Positions 1 to 8,898 of a stretch of 64,000 nucleotides of DNA are shown one piece after another (position 1 is the first letter of the stretch; each line of letters starts with the position of its first letter). The notes below the pieces were generated by a model that did not search any database, was not told the origin of the DNA, and worked only from the letters and a program-made list of their open reading frames with translations. This DNA comes from an uncultured Chloroflexia bacterium. GTDB taxonomy: Bacteria > Chloroflexota > Limnocylindria > Limnocylindrales > CSP1-4. Location: NCBI GenBank assembly GCA_963736025.1, contig CAVTNH010000004.1, forward strand, positions 25,309-89,308. The letters are read 5' to 3'. The position numbers and the translations under genes were made by a program.

Positions 1-153
1 CTCGACGGGCCGCGACTCCGGCTGTCCGCCTCGGAGCTGCGCACGCGGGCGGCGACCGGCCGATCGCTGCGATATCTCGTGCCGGATGCGGTCGCGGGCT
101 ACATCGGCGACCATGGACTCTATCGAGCCGACAGGAGGGATGATCGATCGTGA
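1..153 (+). CDS. nadD: nicotinate-nucleotide adenylyltransferase, C-terminal end (gene starts upstream of window)
   Basis: Frame 1 reads ...SELRTRAATGRSLRYLVPDAVAGYIGDHGLYRA... to TGA 151-153, the conserved NadD C-terminus (G.S.RYLVP..V..YI....LY). The stop overlaps the rsfS GTG (GTGA). Confidence 0.75.
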   Translation, partial: LDGPRLRLSASELRTRAATGRSLRYLVPDAVAGYIGDHGLYRADRRDDRS

Positions 154-584
154 CCGACCCCGGGATCCAGACCAAGCGCGCGTCCGTGCCGAGTGCCGAT
201 GGCCTGCCGCGTCGCGGCACCAAGGCGCCCAAGGCGGAGCGTCAGCCGCTGGACCTCGCCCGGCGCATCGTCGAACTCGCCGAGGACAAGAAGGCCGCCG
301 AGATCGTGCTGCTCGAGCTGGCGCCGCTGACGACCATCGCCGACTACTTCGTCATCGCCTCGGGCGGGTCGGAGCGGCAGCTCGACGCCATCGCCGACGG
401 CATCATCAGCGCCCTGCGCGACGAGAAGGTGAAGCCGATCGGGCGCGAGGGGACGCCGGCGTCGCACTGGGTCCTCATCGACTTCGGGTCGGTCATCGTC
501 CACATCTTCACGCCGCCCGAGCGCGACTACTACGGCCTGGAGAAGCACTGGGCCGAGGCGAAGACCATCCTGCGGGTGCAGTGA
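150..584 (+). CDS. rsfS: ribosomal silencing factor RsfS (iojap family)
   Basis: Intact 144-aa ORF with IADYFVIASGGSERQLDAIADGI and WVLIDFGSVIVHIFTPPERDYYGLEKHW signatures. Follows nadD. Confidence 0.9.
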   Translation: MTDPGIQTKRASVPSADGLPRRGTKAPKAERQPLDLARRIVELAEDKKAAEIVLLELAPLTTIADYFVIASGGSERQLDAIADGIISALRDEKVKPIGREGTPASHWVLIDFGSVIVHIFTPPERDYYGLEKHWAEAKTILRVQ

Positions 585-674
585 TCCGCGAATAGCGAGG
601 GGGCCATCTGCCTGACGGATCGGGGTACCGTCGGGTCATGCCGACGGGTGCGGGCGGACTCCTAGCATCCGCAC

Positions 675-929
675 ATGTCCTCCCTCCGCGAACGTTGCCC
701 AGCCTGCGCTCGACGGCTCATCACGACCCGGTTCGACACGACCTTTCGGTTGCCCGACCGGAGCGAGCGCCTGTGCTTCGGCATCCCCGGCGGCCTGTGC
801 GAGGACTGCTCGCAGCTCTACATCGATCCCGACCTGATCGAGCTGCTCGATCTCGGCGAGGGCCGCTGCGTCTTCGCCATCGAGAGCGATCTCGTCGTCC
901 AGGAACAGGCCTGGTCCGCCGCCGACTGA
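675..929 (+). CDS. small YgiT-type (MqsA N-terminal-like) zinc-ribbon protein
   Basis: 84-aa ORF. CPAC...(24 aa)...IPGGLCEDCSQLY matches the CPxC...IPG..C..CGE.Y pattern of YgiT-type zinc fingers. No HTH domain or partner toxin is visible. Confidence 0.5.
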   Translation: MSSLRERCPACARRLITTRFDTTFRLPDRSERLCFGIPGGLCEDCSQLYIDPDLIELLDLGEGRCVFAIESDLVVQEQAWSAAD

Positions 930-948
930 TCCCGGCCTGACCTCGGGT

Positions 949-2011
949 CTAGGCCGTGCGCCGCTCGCGGCGCGTCGTGTGGTCCATCACCCAGAGCGTG
1001 AACGCCAGCCGTCGCTGTGCCGCGTCCGCCGACGTCCCGGGCGCCCCCTTGACCAGCGCATCGAGTTCGACGAGCCCGTCGAGCGCGTCGGCGAGCTCCG
1101 CGGTGGTCCAGTCGCGGGCCTGAGCCGCGAGCAGTCTCGGCCCGGTATTCGCTGCCTTGATGCCCATCGCCCGCGCCGCGGTCGCGAGGTTCGCGCCGAC
1201 GGCCAGCCGATCGCCCAGCTCCAGCAGCTCGCGGACCCGCCGGTGGAGGACGACGACGAGGACCGGCTCCGCGGTCGCCGCGAGCAGGCGCTCGAGGAGC
1301 GCCAGGGCCGGGCCGGTCTTGCGCTCGCCGACCGCGTCGACGAACGCCCAGATCGAGCCCGGCATCGCCTCGGGGACGAGGGCCCGGACGTCCTCGATCG
1401 AGATCGGCTCGGTGTCGCGATAGAGCGCGAGCTTGTCGAGCTCCATCGACGCGTTGCGCGTCTGGAACTGGCGCGCGGCGTCGTTCTCCTGGACGAAGCC
1501 GCCGACCCGCTGGGCGATCTCGTTCGCCGCGCCCGGCGCCAGCTTCAGGTTCCGCTCGCGTGCCTCGCGCTCGATCCAGCCGGCAAGCCCGTTGCCCTTG
1601 GGCGACTCGAAGTCCCTGACCGAGCCGCCGGCCTGCCGTGATCGCCTCGGACAGGCGCTTCTGCGACGGCTGCTTCGCGCCCGACTTCGTCGCGTCCAGG
1701 ATGACCAGCGCGTTGCCGGGCGCGAGCAGGCCCACGGCCGCGAGCATCGCGTCGCGGCCGACGTTGGTCGTCATCAGCGCCCCGACGTTGGACACGACCG
1801 CGAGCGTCCCGCCACCGAACATGACCGGCGTCGCGATCCGCTCGTGCAGCACGGCGAGTTGCGCCGCCGCCGCGGCCTTCTCGCCGCGGAGGTCCCACCG
1901 CTCGAGCGGCGTCCCGCCCTCCTTGGCCAGCGCCTTGGCGAATCGGTCGACGGTCCGCCCGAGGCCGAGGTCGTCGTCGCCCCAGACGTAGAGCAGCGGG
2001 GTGGTCGTCAC
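949..2011 (-). CDS. holA: DNA polymerase III delta subunit, frame-disrupted near 1625-1640
   Basis: N-terminus (GTG 2011, MTTTPLLYVWGDDDLGL...SEAITA) lies in the frame of ORF 818..2011. It continues as AGGSVRDFESPKGNGLAGWIEREARERNLKL...MELDKLALYRD... in the frame of ORF 949..1446. One extra base joins the two. Confidence 0.8.
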
Positions 2012-2641
2012 GTGCCGCGGCTCCCCTGGCCGCCTTCAGGGCCGCGGCGGTCCAGCGGAGCTGCCCGACCTCGGACGGCTCGATGCCGGCCGCTCGGCAG
2101 ACATCGGCCTCCAGCCTGTCCGCCCGCCTCCGGACGGCCTTGAGGGCGTCGTCCTCCCAGCCGGCATCCTGGCCGTCGGCGATCGAGACGCGCGGGTAGC
2201 GCTGGCGCCACGACTCGAACCGGGCGTCCATCGACTCCAGGCGCTGGGCCGCGCGCTTGTCGGCGTAGGCCACGATGCGTTCCTCGCGGCTCGCGAAGGA
2301 CGACCAGCGCTTGTACTCCTCGCCGTCGAGCAGGCGCGTCACCGGGTGGGCCGCCACCGCGCGGGCGAGCTCAGGGTGGCCCTGTCGCGTCAGCCAGTCG
2401 GCCGAGCCGTCGCCATGGGGGAGGGCGCGGGCGCGATCGCCCGGCGGCACGATCTTGTCGATGTCGTGGAGCAGTCCCGCGGCCTCGACGACGTGCCGAT
2501 CGACCGCGGTCCCCCGGCCTCGATCCTGGCCGCGAGGAAGGCCGCGATCTCGGCGACCGCGCGCGCGTGCCGCACGAACCAGTCCGGGGGATCCAGGGAG
2601 AGCAGGAGGGAGGCGGCGTCCACGCGCCCCGGGATCGTCAT
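2008..2641 (-). CDS. HD-domain phosphohydrolase (YqeK-like), frame-disrupted near 2510 and 2030
   Basis: MTIPGRVDAASLLLSLDPPDWFVRHARAVAEIAAFL... continues in another frame as ...VVEAAGLLHDIDKIV...AYADKRAAQRL. The ATG overlaps the comEC stop (ATGA). A TGA at 2008-2010 overlaps the holA GTG only after frame repair. Confidence 0.6.
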
Positions 2642-5186
2642 CGGGAGGATGGTAGCCCACGCTGGCCGTCTGGCCCGGCCGGACGGCGACCGGAGCGATC
2701 GGCTTCGGCGGCCTCGGATCGGGGACGAGGCCCGCAGCGGGGATCCCGCACAGGAACGCGAAGGCTCGTCGATCCACGGCCGGCCGCCCGAGCTCGCCGG
2801 GACCGCCCGGCCGCCCTCGGCGCGGACCGTCAGCTCGGGCGACCCGAACGTCACGGCCACGCTCCCGTCGCGATCCGTCCGGAAGACGCGGGCGCCCGCC
2901 GCGGACAGTCGCTCCAGGGTGGCGCGCGCCGGATGGCCGTACGGGTTGCCGGTCCCCGCCGATGCGATCGCGATGCGCGGCCGGACCGCGTCGACGAACG
3001 CCTGCGTCGTCGCCGTCCGGCTGCCGTGGTGGGCGACCTTGAGCAGGTCGAGCCGGGGCAGGCGCTCGGCGAGCAGTGACGGGTCGATCGCCTCCTCGAC
3101 ATCGCCCGCCAGCAGGAACCGGTAGTCGCCGACGGCACCGAGCAGGACGACCGACACGTTGTTGATGCCGGTCCCGCCGTCCGGCGGCGCGAGCGGGACC
3201 CGGCCGCGGACCGGCCACAGGACGCGGAGGTCGATGTCGTCGACCGCGAGCCGGTCGCCCGCGGCAAGACCCAGGCGCATCGGCGATCCCGCCGACGCCA
3301 GTCGCGCGAGCCACGCCGCGTAGCCGGGCCCGGGTCCGCGCATGCCGGGCTCGAAGACCCGCCGGACCTGGTACCGATCCAGCAGCCGGGCGAGACCGGC
3401 CACGTGGTCCTCGTGCGGGTGGGTGAGGATCACCGCGTCGATCCGCCGATCCCACGGCGGGATCCGCTGGTCGAGCACGACGAGCAGGCGGCCAGGGTCT
3501 GGCCCGCCATCGATGAGGAGGCGCCCGCCGCGCGAGCCCTCGACGAGGATCGCGTCGCCCTGTCCGACATCGAGCACGCTCACCCGCGCGACGCCGCTCG
3601 GCCGGCTGACGAGGACGGCACCCGTCACCACCACGGTGATCACGAGGGTCATGGCCGCGAGCCTCGGCAGGCGGGAGGGTCGGGCGGAGGGACGCTTGGT
3701 CCGTGGCACCTGATCGGGGATCGGCGGTTCCACGGCGACGGCCGGCCGTGCATGGCGCCCTCGCCACCGGACGTGGACGACGGCGATGAGCGCGAGCGTC
3801 GCCACCGCTGTGACGGCGGCGATCGGCCCCGGCAGGGTGACGCTCGCGAACGGCAGCGACGCCATCGCGTCGACGATCGCGACCATGATCCGCAGCGAGA
3901 CCCAGCCGGGTGCCGCGAGGACGCTCCCGACCAGCGGCGGCGCACCGGCGAGGACCAGGAAGCCGCCGAGCATCGCGACGAGCCCGGCCGCCATCGCCGG
4001 AGCGACGAGCGGCACGACCGCGAGGTTGACGACCGGCGACAGGATCGCGAGCCGGCCGAAGGAGGCCAGCACGATCGGCAGGGTCGCCGCCTGCGCGGCC
4101 AGCGACACGCCGAGGCTCTCCGCGAGCCAGCCAGGCACATGGCCTCGACCCACGCGATCGATCCAGCCGGTCAACGGCGTGGCCCATGCGATCAGGCCGG
4201 CCGTCGCCAACGCGGACAGCTGGAAGCCCGCGTCGCGGATGAGCCCCGGATCGGCGACGAGCAGGATCACCGCTGCCCAGGCCAGCGCGGCGGCCGCGCG
4301 CCCGGCTCGCCCGGACTCTCGTGCCAGCAGCACGACCCCGGCCATCGCTCCCGCGCGCACGACCGATGCCGACGCGCCCGCGAACGCGACGTAGGCGACG
4401 ATCGCGACCATCGTCAGGATCGATCGACGGCGTCGGCGCATCCGGCCGGCCATCGCGGCGACCGCCGCGGCGACGATCGCGATGTTCCAGCCGGAGATCG
4501 CCACGACGTGACTGACGCCGGCCGTCGTGAACGCGGCGGCGAGATCGCGGTCCACGCGGTCGCGGAGTCCGACGAGGATGCCGGCGGCCAGCCCGGCTTC
4601 GGGTTCGGGCAGGACGGCCGCCAGCGCGGAGGCTGCGGCCTGCCGAGCGGCCTCGATCGCGTGCGACGCGTCGGCCGGTGGGCGCTCCACGCTCATCGAG
4701 CGTGCGGTGAGCGTGCCGATCGCCCCGATCCGTTCGAGGTAGTCGCCGTAGGGCGAGTCGGGTCGCGGCCGGATGGCCCCCTCGATCGTCAGGCGGTCGC
4801 CCGGGATCACCTCCGGATACGCGGGCAGGGTCGCGGCGACGCGGAACGGGCGTCTCTACGCCGTCACGTGATCGCAGGGTGGCGGTCTGCTGACCGGCTC
4901 GCGCCGCGCCGACCGCCTCCACCTCGAACGTCCACGGTCCCTTGCCGTCCGGCACGTCGCCTGGCGGCGCCGCGGGCGGCCCGACGGCGAGACGCACCAG
5001 CAGCAGCGCGGACCCGACGATGACCACGACGCCGGATCGAGTCGAGATGCGCGATGACCACCACCACGCCACGAGGAGCCCGGCACCGGCGAGCGCCAGA
5101 CCGGCGACGCCCATCGACCAGCCGATGACCGGGATCGCCCAGGCGGCGGCGATCGCCCCGACCGCCAGCCAGCCGCTGCGAGGCAC
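2638..5186 (-). CDS. comEC: DNA internalisation competence protein ComEC/Rec2 (competence plus metallo-beta-lactamase domains), frame-disrupted near 4840 and 2800
   Basis: Membrane N-terminus starts at GTG 5186. The core is in ORF 2390..4810 (GVSHVVAISGWNIAIV; VLDVGQGDAILV; ILTHPHEDHVAGL; KVAHHGS). The natural stop is only seen after a shift into the third frame. Confidence 0.85.
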
Positions 5187-5187
5187 G

Positions 5188-5991
5188 TCAGCGAACCGTC
5201 ACCAGCGGCTTGAGCTGCTCGAACGTCTTCTCGCCGACGAGCTTGCGGGTGCGCAGGTCGTCGATGGTCGCGAACGGCGCCTCCTCGCGGGCCGAGATGA
5301 TCTTTGCGGCCGTGACCGGCCCGATCCCCGGCAGAGCGTCGAGCTCCGAGCTGGTGGCCCGGTTCAGGTCGACGAGGCCGCCGCCGCTCGCCGGTCCGGG
5401 CTCGCCGTCGCTCGCGGCGGGGACGTCAGGCTCGGTGTCGTCCCGGGACGGGACGCGGACCTGGTCGCCATCGGAAAGCACCGCCGCCTGGTTCAGGACC
5501 TTGGCGGCACGCTCGGTGTCGACGCGCGGGCTGTACCCGCCGGCGGCATCGACGAGGTCGCCGACGCGCGAACCTGGCGGCAGTTCGTAGACGCCCGGAT
5601 GCGTGATGGCTCCGACGATCTCGACGACGACGCGTGTGGACGCGCCTGGTCCCGCCGGATCTCCCGTCGCACTCGGGCTGCCGCCCGGATCGTTCGACGC
5701 GCCGTCGAGCGGGGCGCCGCCGGCGACCGAGACGGCACCCGCCGCACCCGATCCGAACGCGAGGACGAATGCCGCGATCGCGACGAGCGCCGCGGCCACC
5801 GAGCGCGACAACCGCTCCGCGCGCGACGCGGGATGGCGGCCCTTCGTTCGTCGGCTCGCCGGGCGGCGGGACGGCGGTCGAGGTCGCCTCGATCGTCCGC
5901 CACGGCATCGGGTTCTGGTCCACGCGTGACCTTCCCCGGCGGGATGTATTCGGCGGGTGGACGTCGGCAGACGAACGCGACGTCTCGCCAC
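5188..5991 (-). CDS. comEA: competence protein ComEA (SLBB plus helix-hairpin-helix DNA binding); start uncertain
   Basis: C-terminal [40 protein letters not shown] (HhH) and [26 protein letters not shown] (SLBB). The stop lies 1 nt from the comEC start. Confidence 0.8.
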   Translation of the reverse strand: MARRRVRLPTSTRRIHPAGEGHAWTRTRCRGGRSRRPRPPSRRPASRRTKGRHPASRAERLSRSVAAALVAIAAFVLAFGSGAAGAVSVAGGAPLDGASNDPGGSPSATGDPAGPGASTRVVVEIVGAITHPGVYELPPGSRVGDLVDAAGGYSPRVDTERAAKVLNQAAVLSDGDQVRVPSRDDTEPDVPAASDGEPGPASGGGLVDLNRATSSELDALPGIGPVTAAKIISAREEAPFATIDDLRTRKLVGEKTFEQLKPLVTVR

Positions 5992-6065
5992 TTCGGGGGC
6001 ACTACCGACGCGGCGAGACGTCTACTCGGACGGTAGCGACGACCGCTTAGCTGCGGCTTATCTCA

Positions 6066-6086
6066 CGGGACGCTCGGGAGGTGCCT
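6066..6086. promoter_or_regulatory. AT-rich perfect palindrome ATATATCGA-cca-TCGATATAT, candidate PadR operator
   Basis: 9-bp inverted repeat with a 3-bp spacer, about 125 nt upstream of the padR-like start, in an otherwise very GC-rich sequence. Confidence 0.45.
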
Positions 6087-6210
6087 GACGCATGATCGTT
6101 AGGGCCCGTGCGGAGCCGCGTCCGTCGGTCCTTGGATGTACGCTTACCGGACCCATCGGGCGCGTATATATCGACCATCGATATATCGCCTGTCGTAAGA
6201 CTGGAGACCG

Positions 6211-6535
6211 GATGGAACCGAAGCTCCCCGAGTTCGGACGGTTCGCCGAACCGTCGTTGCTCATCCTGGTCAGCCTGAGCGACGGCCCGAAGCACGGCTA
6301 CGCGATCATGCAGGACGTCGAGCGCAGCACCGGTCGGCCGATGGGCGCCGGCACCCTCTATGCCGCGCTCGCGCGCCTCGAGGAACGCGGCCTTGTCGAA
6401 GCCCTGACCCCGGTCGATCGCCGGCGACCGTATCGCCTCACCGCGGTCGGAGCGTCGATGCTCGCGGAGCAGCTGCAGGGCCTGTCCGCCTTCGCGCAGC
6501 AAGGTCTCCGCCAGCTCGGCGACACTTCGTCATGA
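6211..6535 (+). CDS. PadR family transcriptional regulator
   Basis: LLILVSLSDGPKHGYAIMQDVERSTGRPMGAGTLYAALARLEERGLV is the PadR winged-helix signature. The stop overlaps the next ATG (ATGA). Confidence 0.85.
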
Positions 6536-7288
6536 GGTCGTTTGCTGATCCGCTGCTATCCCGCCCGCTGGCGGGCCCGGTACGGCGACGAGTTCGAAGT
6601 CGATCCTCGAGGAACGACCGCTTGGACCGTTCGACGTCGCTGACATCCTGTTGGGCGCCCTCGACGCCCATCTCCGCCGCGCCGGACAAGGCGCCACGAA
6701 CCACACGGGAAGGGATCTTGCCATGTCGCTCCGCATCGGCGGTATCGCCGCGATCGTCGGCGTTTCGCTCTTGACCGTCGGCCTCTTCGTGACCTCCGGC
6801 CTCGTCGTGACGGTCGACGTCGCCCGTCCCGTCGCTCCTGGTGATCGATCGGGACCGTGTCGCTGCTCGTCGCGATCGCCGGGCTCAGCGCGTTCCAGGC
6901 CCGCGTTCATCCCGTCCTGACCTGGGTCGCCTTCGCGATCCCGACGATCGCGACCCTCGTGTGCATCGTGGGGATCGTCGGGATGTACGTCGTGGAATCC
7001 ACGACGCCCAGCCTCTGGAGCAGCACGTGGGCCCCGTTGATCAACATCGGGGGCTTCTTGGGGTTCATCGGCTTCGGCTTGTTCGGGATCGCAACGTACT
7101 GGACAGGTGCGTTCTCGCGAGGGGCGGCGTTGTTGCTCAGCCTCGGCTCATTCCTGACGCCGATCGCGATCTTCAAGGACCCGTGGCTTGCCGTCGCGTG
7201 CGTCGCTTGCTTTCTTGTCGGCTGGCTCGTCCTCGGGTTCCAGGCGATCCGACTCGACCGACGTGCGCCGGATCCTCGGCCAGCCTGA
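6532..7288 (+). CDS. PadR-associated integral membrane protein, at least 3 frame disruptions (near 6540, 6595, 6850)
   Basis: After repair it reads MRS-LLIRCYPARWRARYGDEFEV-ILEERPLGPFDVADILLGALDAHLRR..., followed by 5-6 hydrophobic helices (ORFs 6651..6920 and 6857..7288). Confidence 0.6.
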
Positions 7289-7318
7289 CCGGGATCCGGT
7301 GGGTGCTGGACGCCGACC

Positions 7319-7456
7319 GTGAAGGCCATCGTCCTGCTCCTGCTCGCGGCCCTCACGTTTGCTTGCACCCGGCCGGCTTCCGACGACTCGCTTGTGCCGG
7401 CCGAGGTGGCGCCGGGCGCGGCGCCCCCACCCACGGCCATAGAGCCCGGCTACTAG
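7319..7456 (+). CDS. 45-aa putative mini-lipoprotein ending ...EPGY
   Basis: GTG start. VKAIVLLLLAALTFAC signal/lipobox-like N-terminus, Pro/Ala-rich tail, high GC3. Paralogue-like to ORF 39530..39670. Confidence 0.4.
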   Translation: MKAIVLLLLAALTFACTRPASDDSLVPAEVAPGAAPPPTAIEPGY

Positions 7457-7474
7457 CCCGAGGTTGGCCGGTCG

Positions 7475-7792
7475 CTACCCCTTGAGCGCGCCGCTCAGCC
7501 CGTCGCCGCGCAGGAACAGCCGCTGGAACAGCAGGAACAGCGCGATCGGGATGATGCTCGAGATCGTCAGCGCCGCGATGAACAAGCCGAGGTCCGTCGT
7601 CGGCTGAAGGGTCGGGAGGCGGACCGAGAGAGGCTGGATGTCCGGGTCGCGCAGCACGAGCAGCGGCCAGAGGTATTCCTTCCAGGTCACGATCACCGCG
7701 AACACCGACACGACCCCCACGATCGGGCGCGACATCGGCAGCACGATCGACCAGAAGAGCCGGAACGGGCCGGCGGCGCCGATATCGCGCGA
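7475..7792 (-). pseudogene. 3' remnant (last ~105 aa) of a carbohydrate ABC transporter permease (MalG/BPD_transp_1 type)
   Basis: SRDIGAAGPFRLFWSIVLPMSRP...WKEYLWPLLVL...LFLLFQRLFLRGDGLSGALKG matches only the C-terminal third of such permeases. The upstream part of ORF 7475..8122 is antisense to the next gene and unrelated. Confidence 0.7.
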
Positions 7793-7844
7793 CGGGGCCG
7801 AGACAGGGTGGCGATACTTTGCGGGCAGGGAGGTCAAGCCTTCG

Positions 7845-8880
7845 ATGACCAGACATGCTGCGCGAACCCTCGTCGCCGTCCCGCTGGTCGCGGCGCTGAG
7901 CGTCGGGATGTGGGGCTGCTCTTCGGGCACGCCGTCCGGGCAGCCGAGCGTCGCGAGCGGATCGCCGTCGCCTTCCGGCTCCGCGATCGAGTCGGAGTCG
8001 CCCTCGTCAGCTCCGCCGTCCGGAGGAGCGGTCTCCGTGTCGTTCGTGACGCCGATCCCCGAGGCCACGTGGGGCGCCACGTTCGTCGTCAAGGCCGAGG
8101 CGACCGACGGCAGTGACATCACCTACAGCGCCGAGGGCAGCTGCAGCATCGACGCGACCACGGGCAAGGCCAAGGCGGACGCGCTCGGTTCGTGCACGAT
8201 CATCGCCGACGCGCCGGAGACCGATCCGCTGGCGACCGCGTCGCAGGTCTTCGACGTCAGCCAAGGCCCATCCGGTCATCAAGTTCAGCGACGCCTCGAC
8301 GAGGTTCGCCAGGCCGTTCAAGTACCCGCTGAAGGTGACCTCGATCCCGAAGATCCCGCTCGACATCGTCGTCGATCACGGCGCGGCCGGCGGCAACAAC
8401 GACGAGTTCTGCAAGGTCGATGCCAGCGGCGCGCTGGTCTTCGACCCAGTGCCGACCGCCACGAACTTCCCCCAGATCCCGGCAACGTGTGTCGTCAAGG
8501 TCTCGGGCACCGCAACGGAGAACTACGACGCGCCGAAGTCCGTCTCGCGCAAGATCAAGATCGGTCTCGCCGCCTTCGACGTGAACGCCCAGGAGCTCAT
8601 CAACGTCGACCTCTCGAGCGACGGCGACGTCGTGGACTTCAAGGTCCGCGAGAACTCCGGCGACGCGTTCGGGATCTTCGTCTCGAGCGAGGACTTCGAG
8701 TGCGAGGCGCTCCCGACCACGCCGGACCCGGGCCCGGCCGGCACGAAGCTCTACATGGGCCACGTCAAGTTGCAGGCCACCGGCGTCCCGTACGATTGCC
8801 GCATGACCGCGCAGGCGGCGCCGCCGGACTACCAGGGCGGCAAGTTCAAGGACGACTTCGTCATCCACGTCGTGCCCTGA
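7845..8880 (+). CDS. putative secreted protein or lipoprotein, frame-disrupted near 8265
   Basis: MTRHAARTLVAVPLVAALSVGMWGCSSG signal with a Cys, Ser/Pro linker, then beta-rich domains continuing in ORF 8113..8880. Ends 18 nt before the TIR gene. Confidence 0.55.
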
Positions 8881-8898
8881 CCGGGACATGCCGGCCAG

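Noticed and set aside
2390-4810. 806-aa ORF suggesting a ComEC-HD domain fusion
   Set aside because: In the third frame a TGA overlaps the HD gene ATG (ATGA at 2638-2641). The apparent fusion is caused by a frame error near 2800.
1545-5186. 1213-aa minus-strand ORF, the longest in the left part of the window
   Set aside because: It is a chimera. Only its first ~110 codons (comEC N-terminus) and a ~170-codon stretch (the HD-domain core) look like real protein. The rest is Arg/Pro/Gly-rich out-of-frame read-through of comEC and holA, as expected in stop-poor high-GC DNA.
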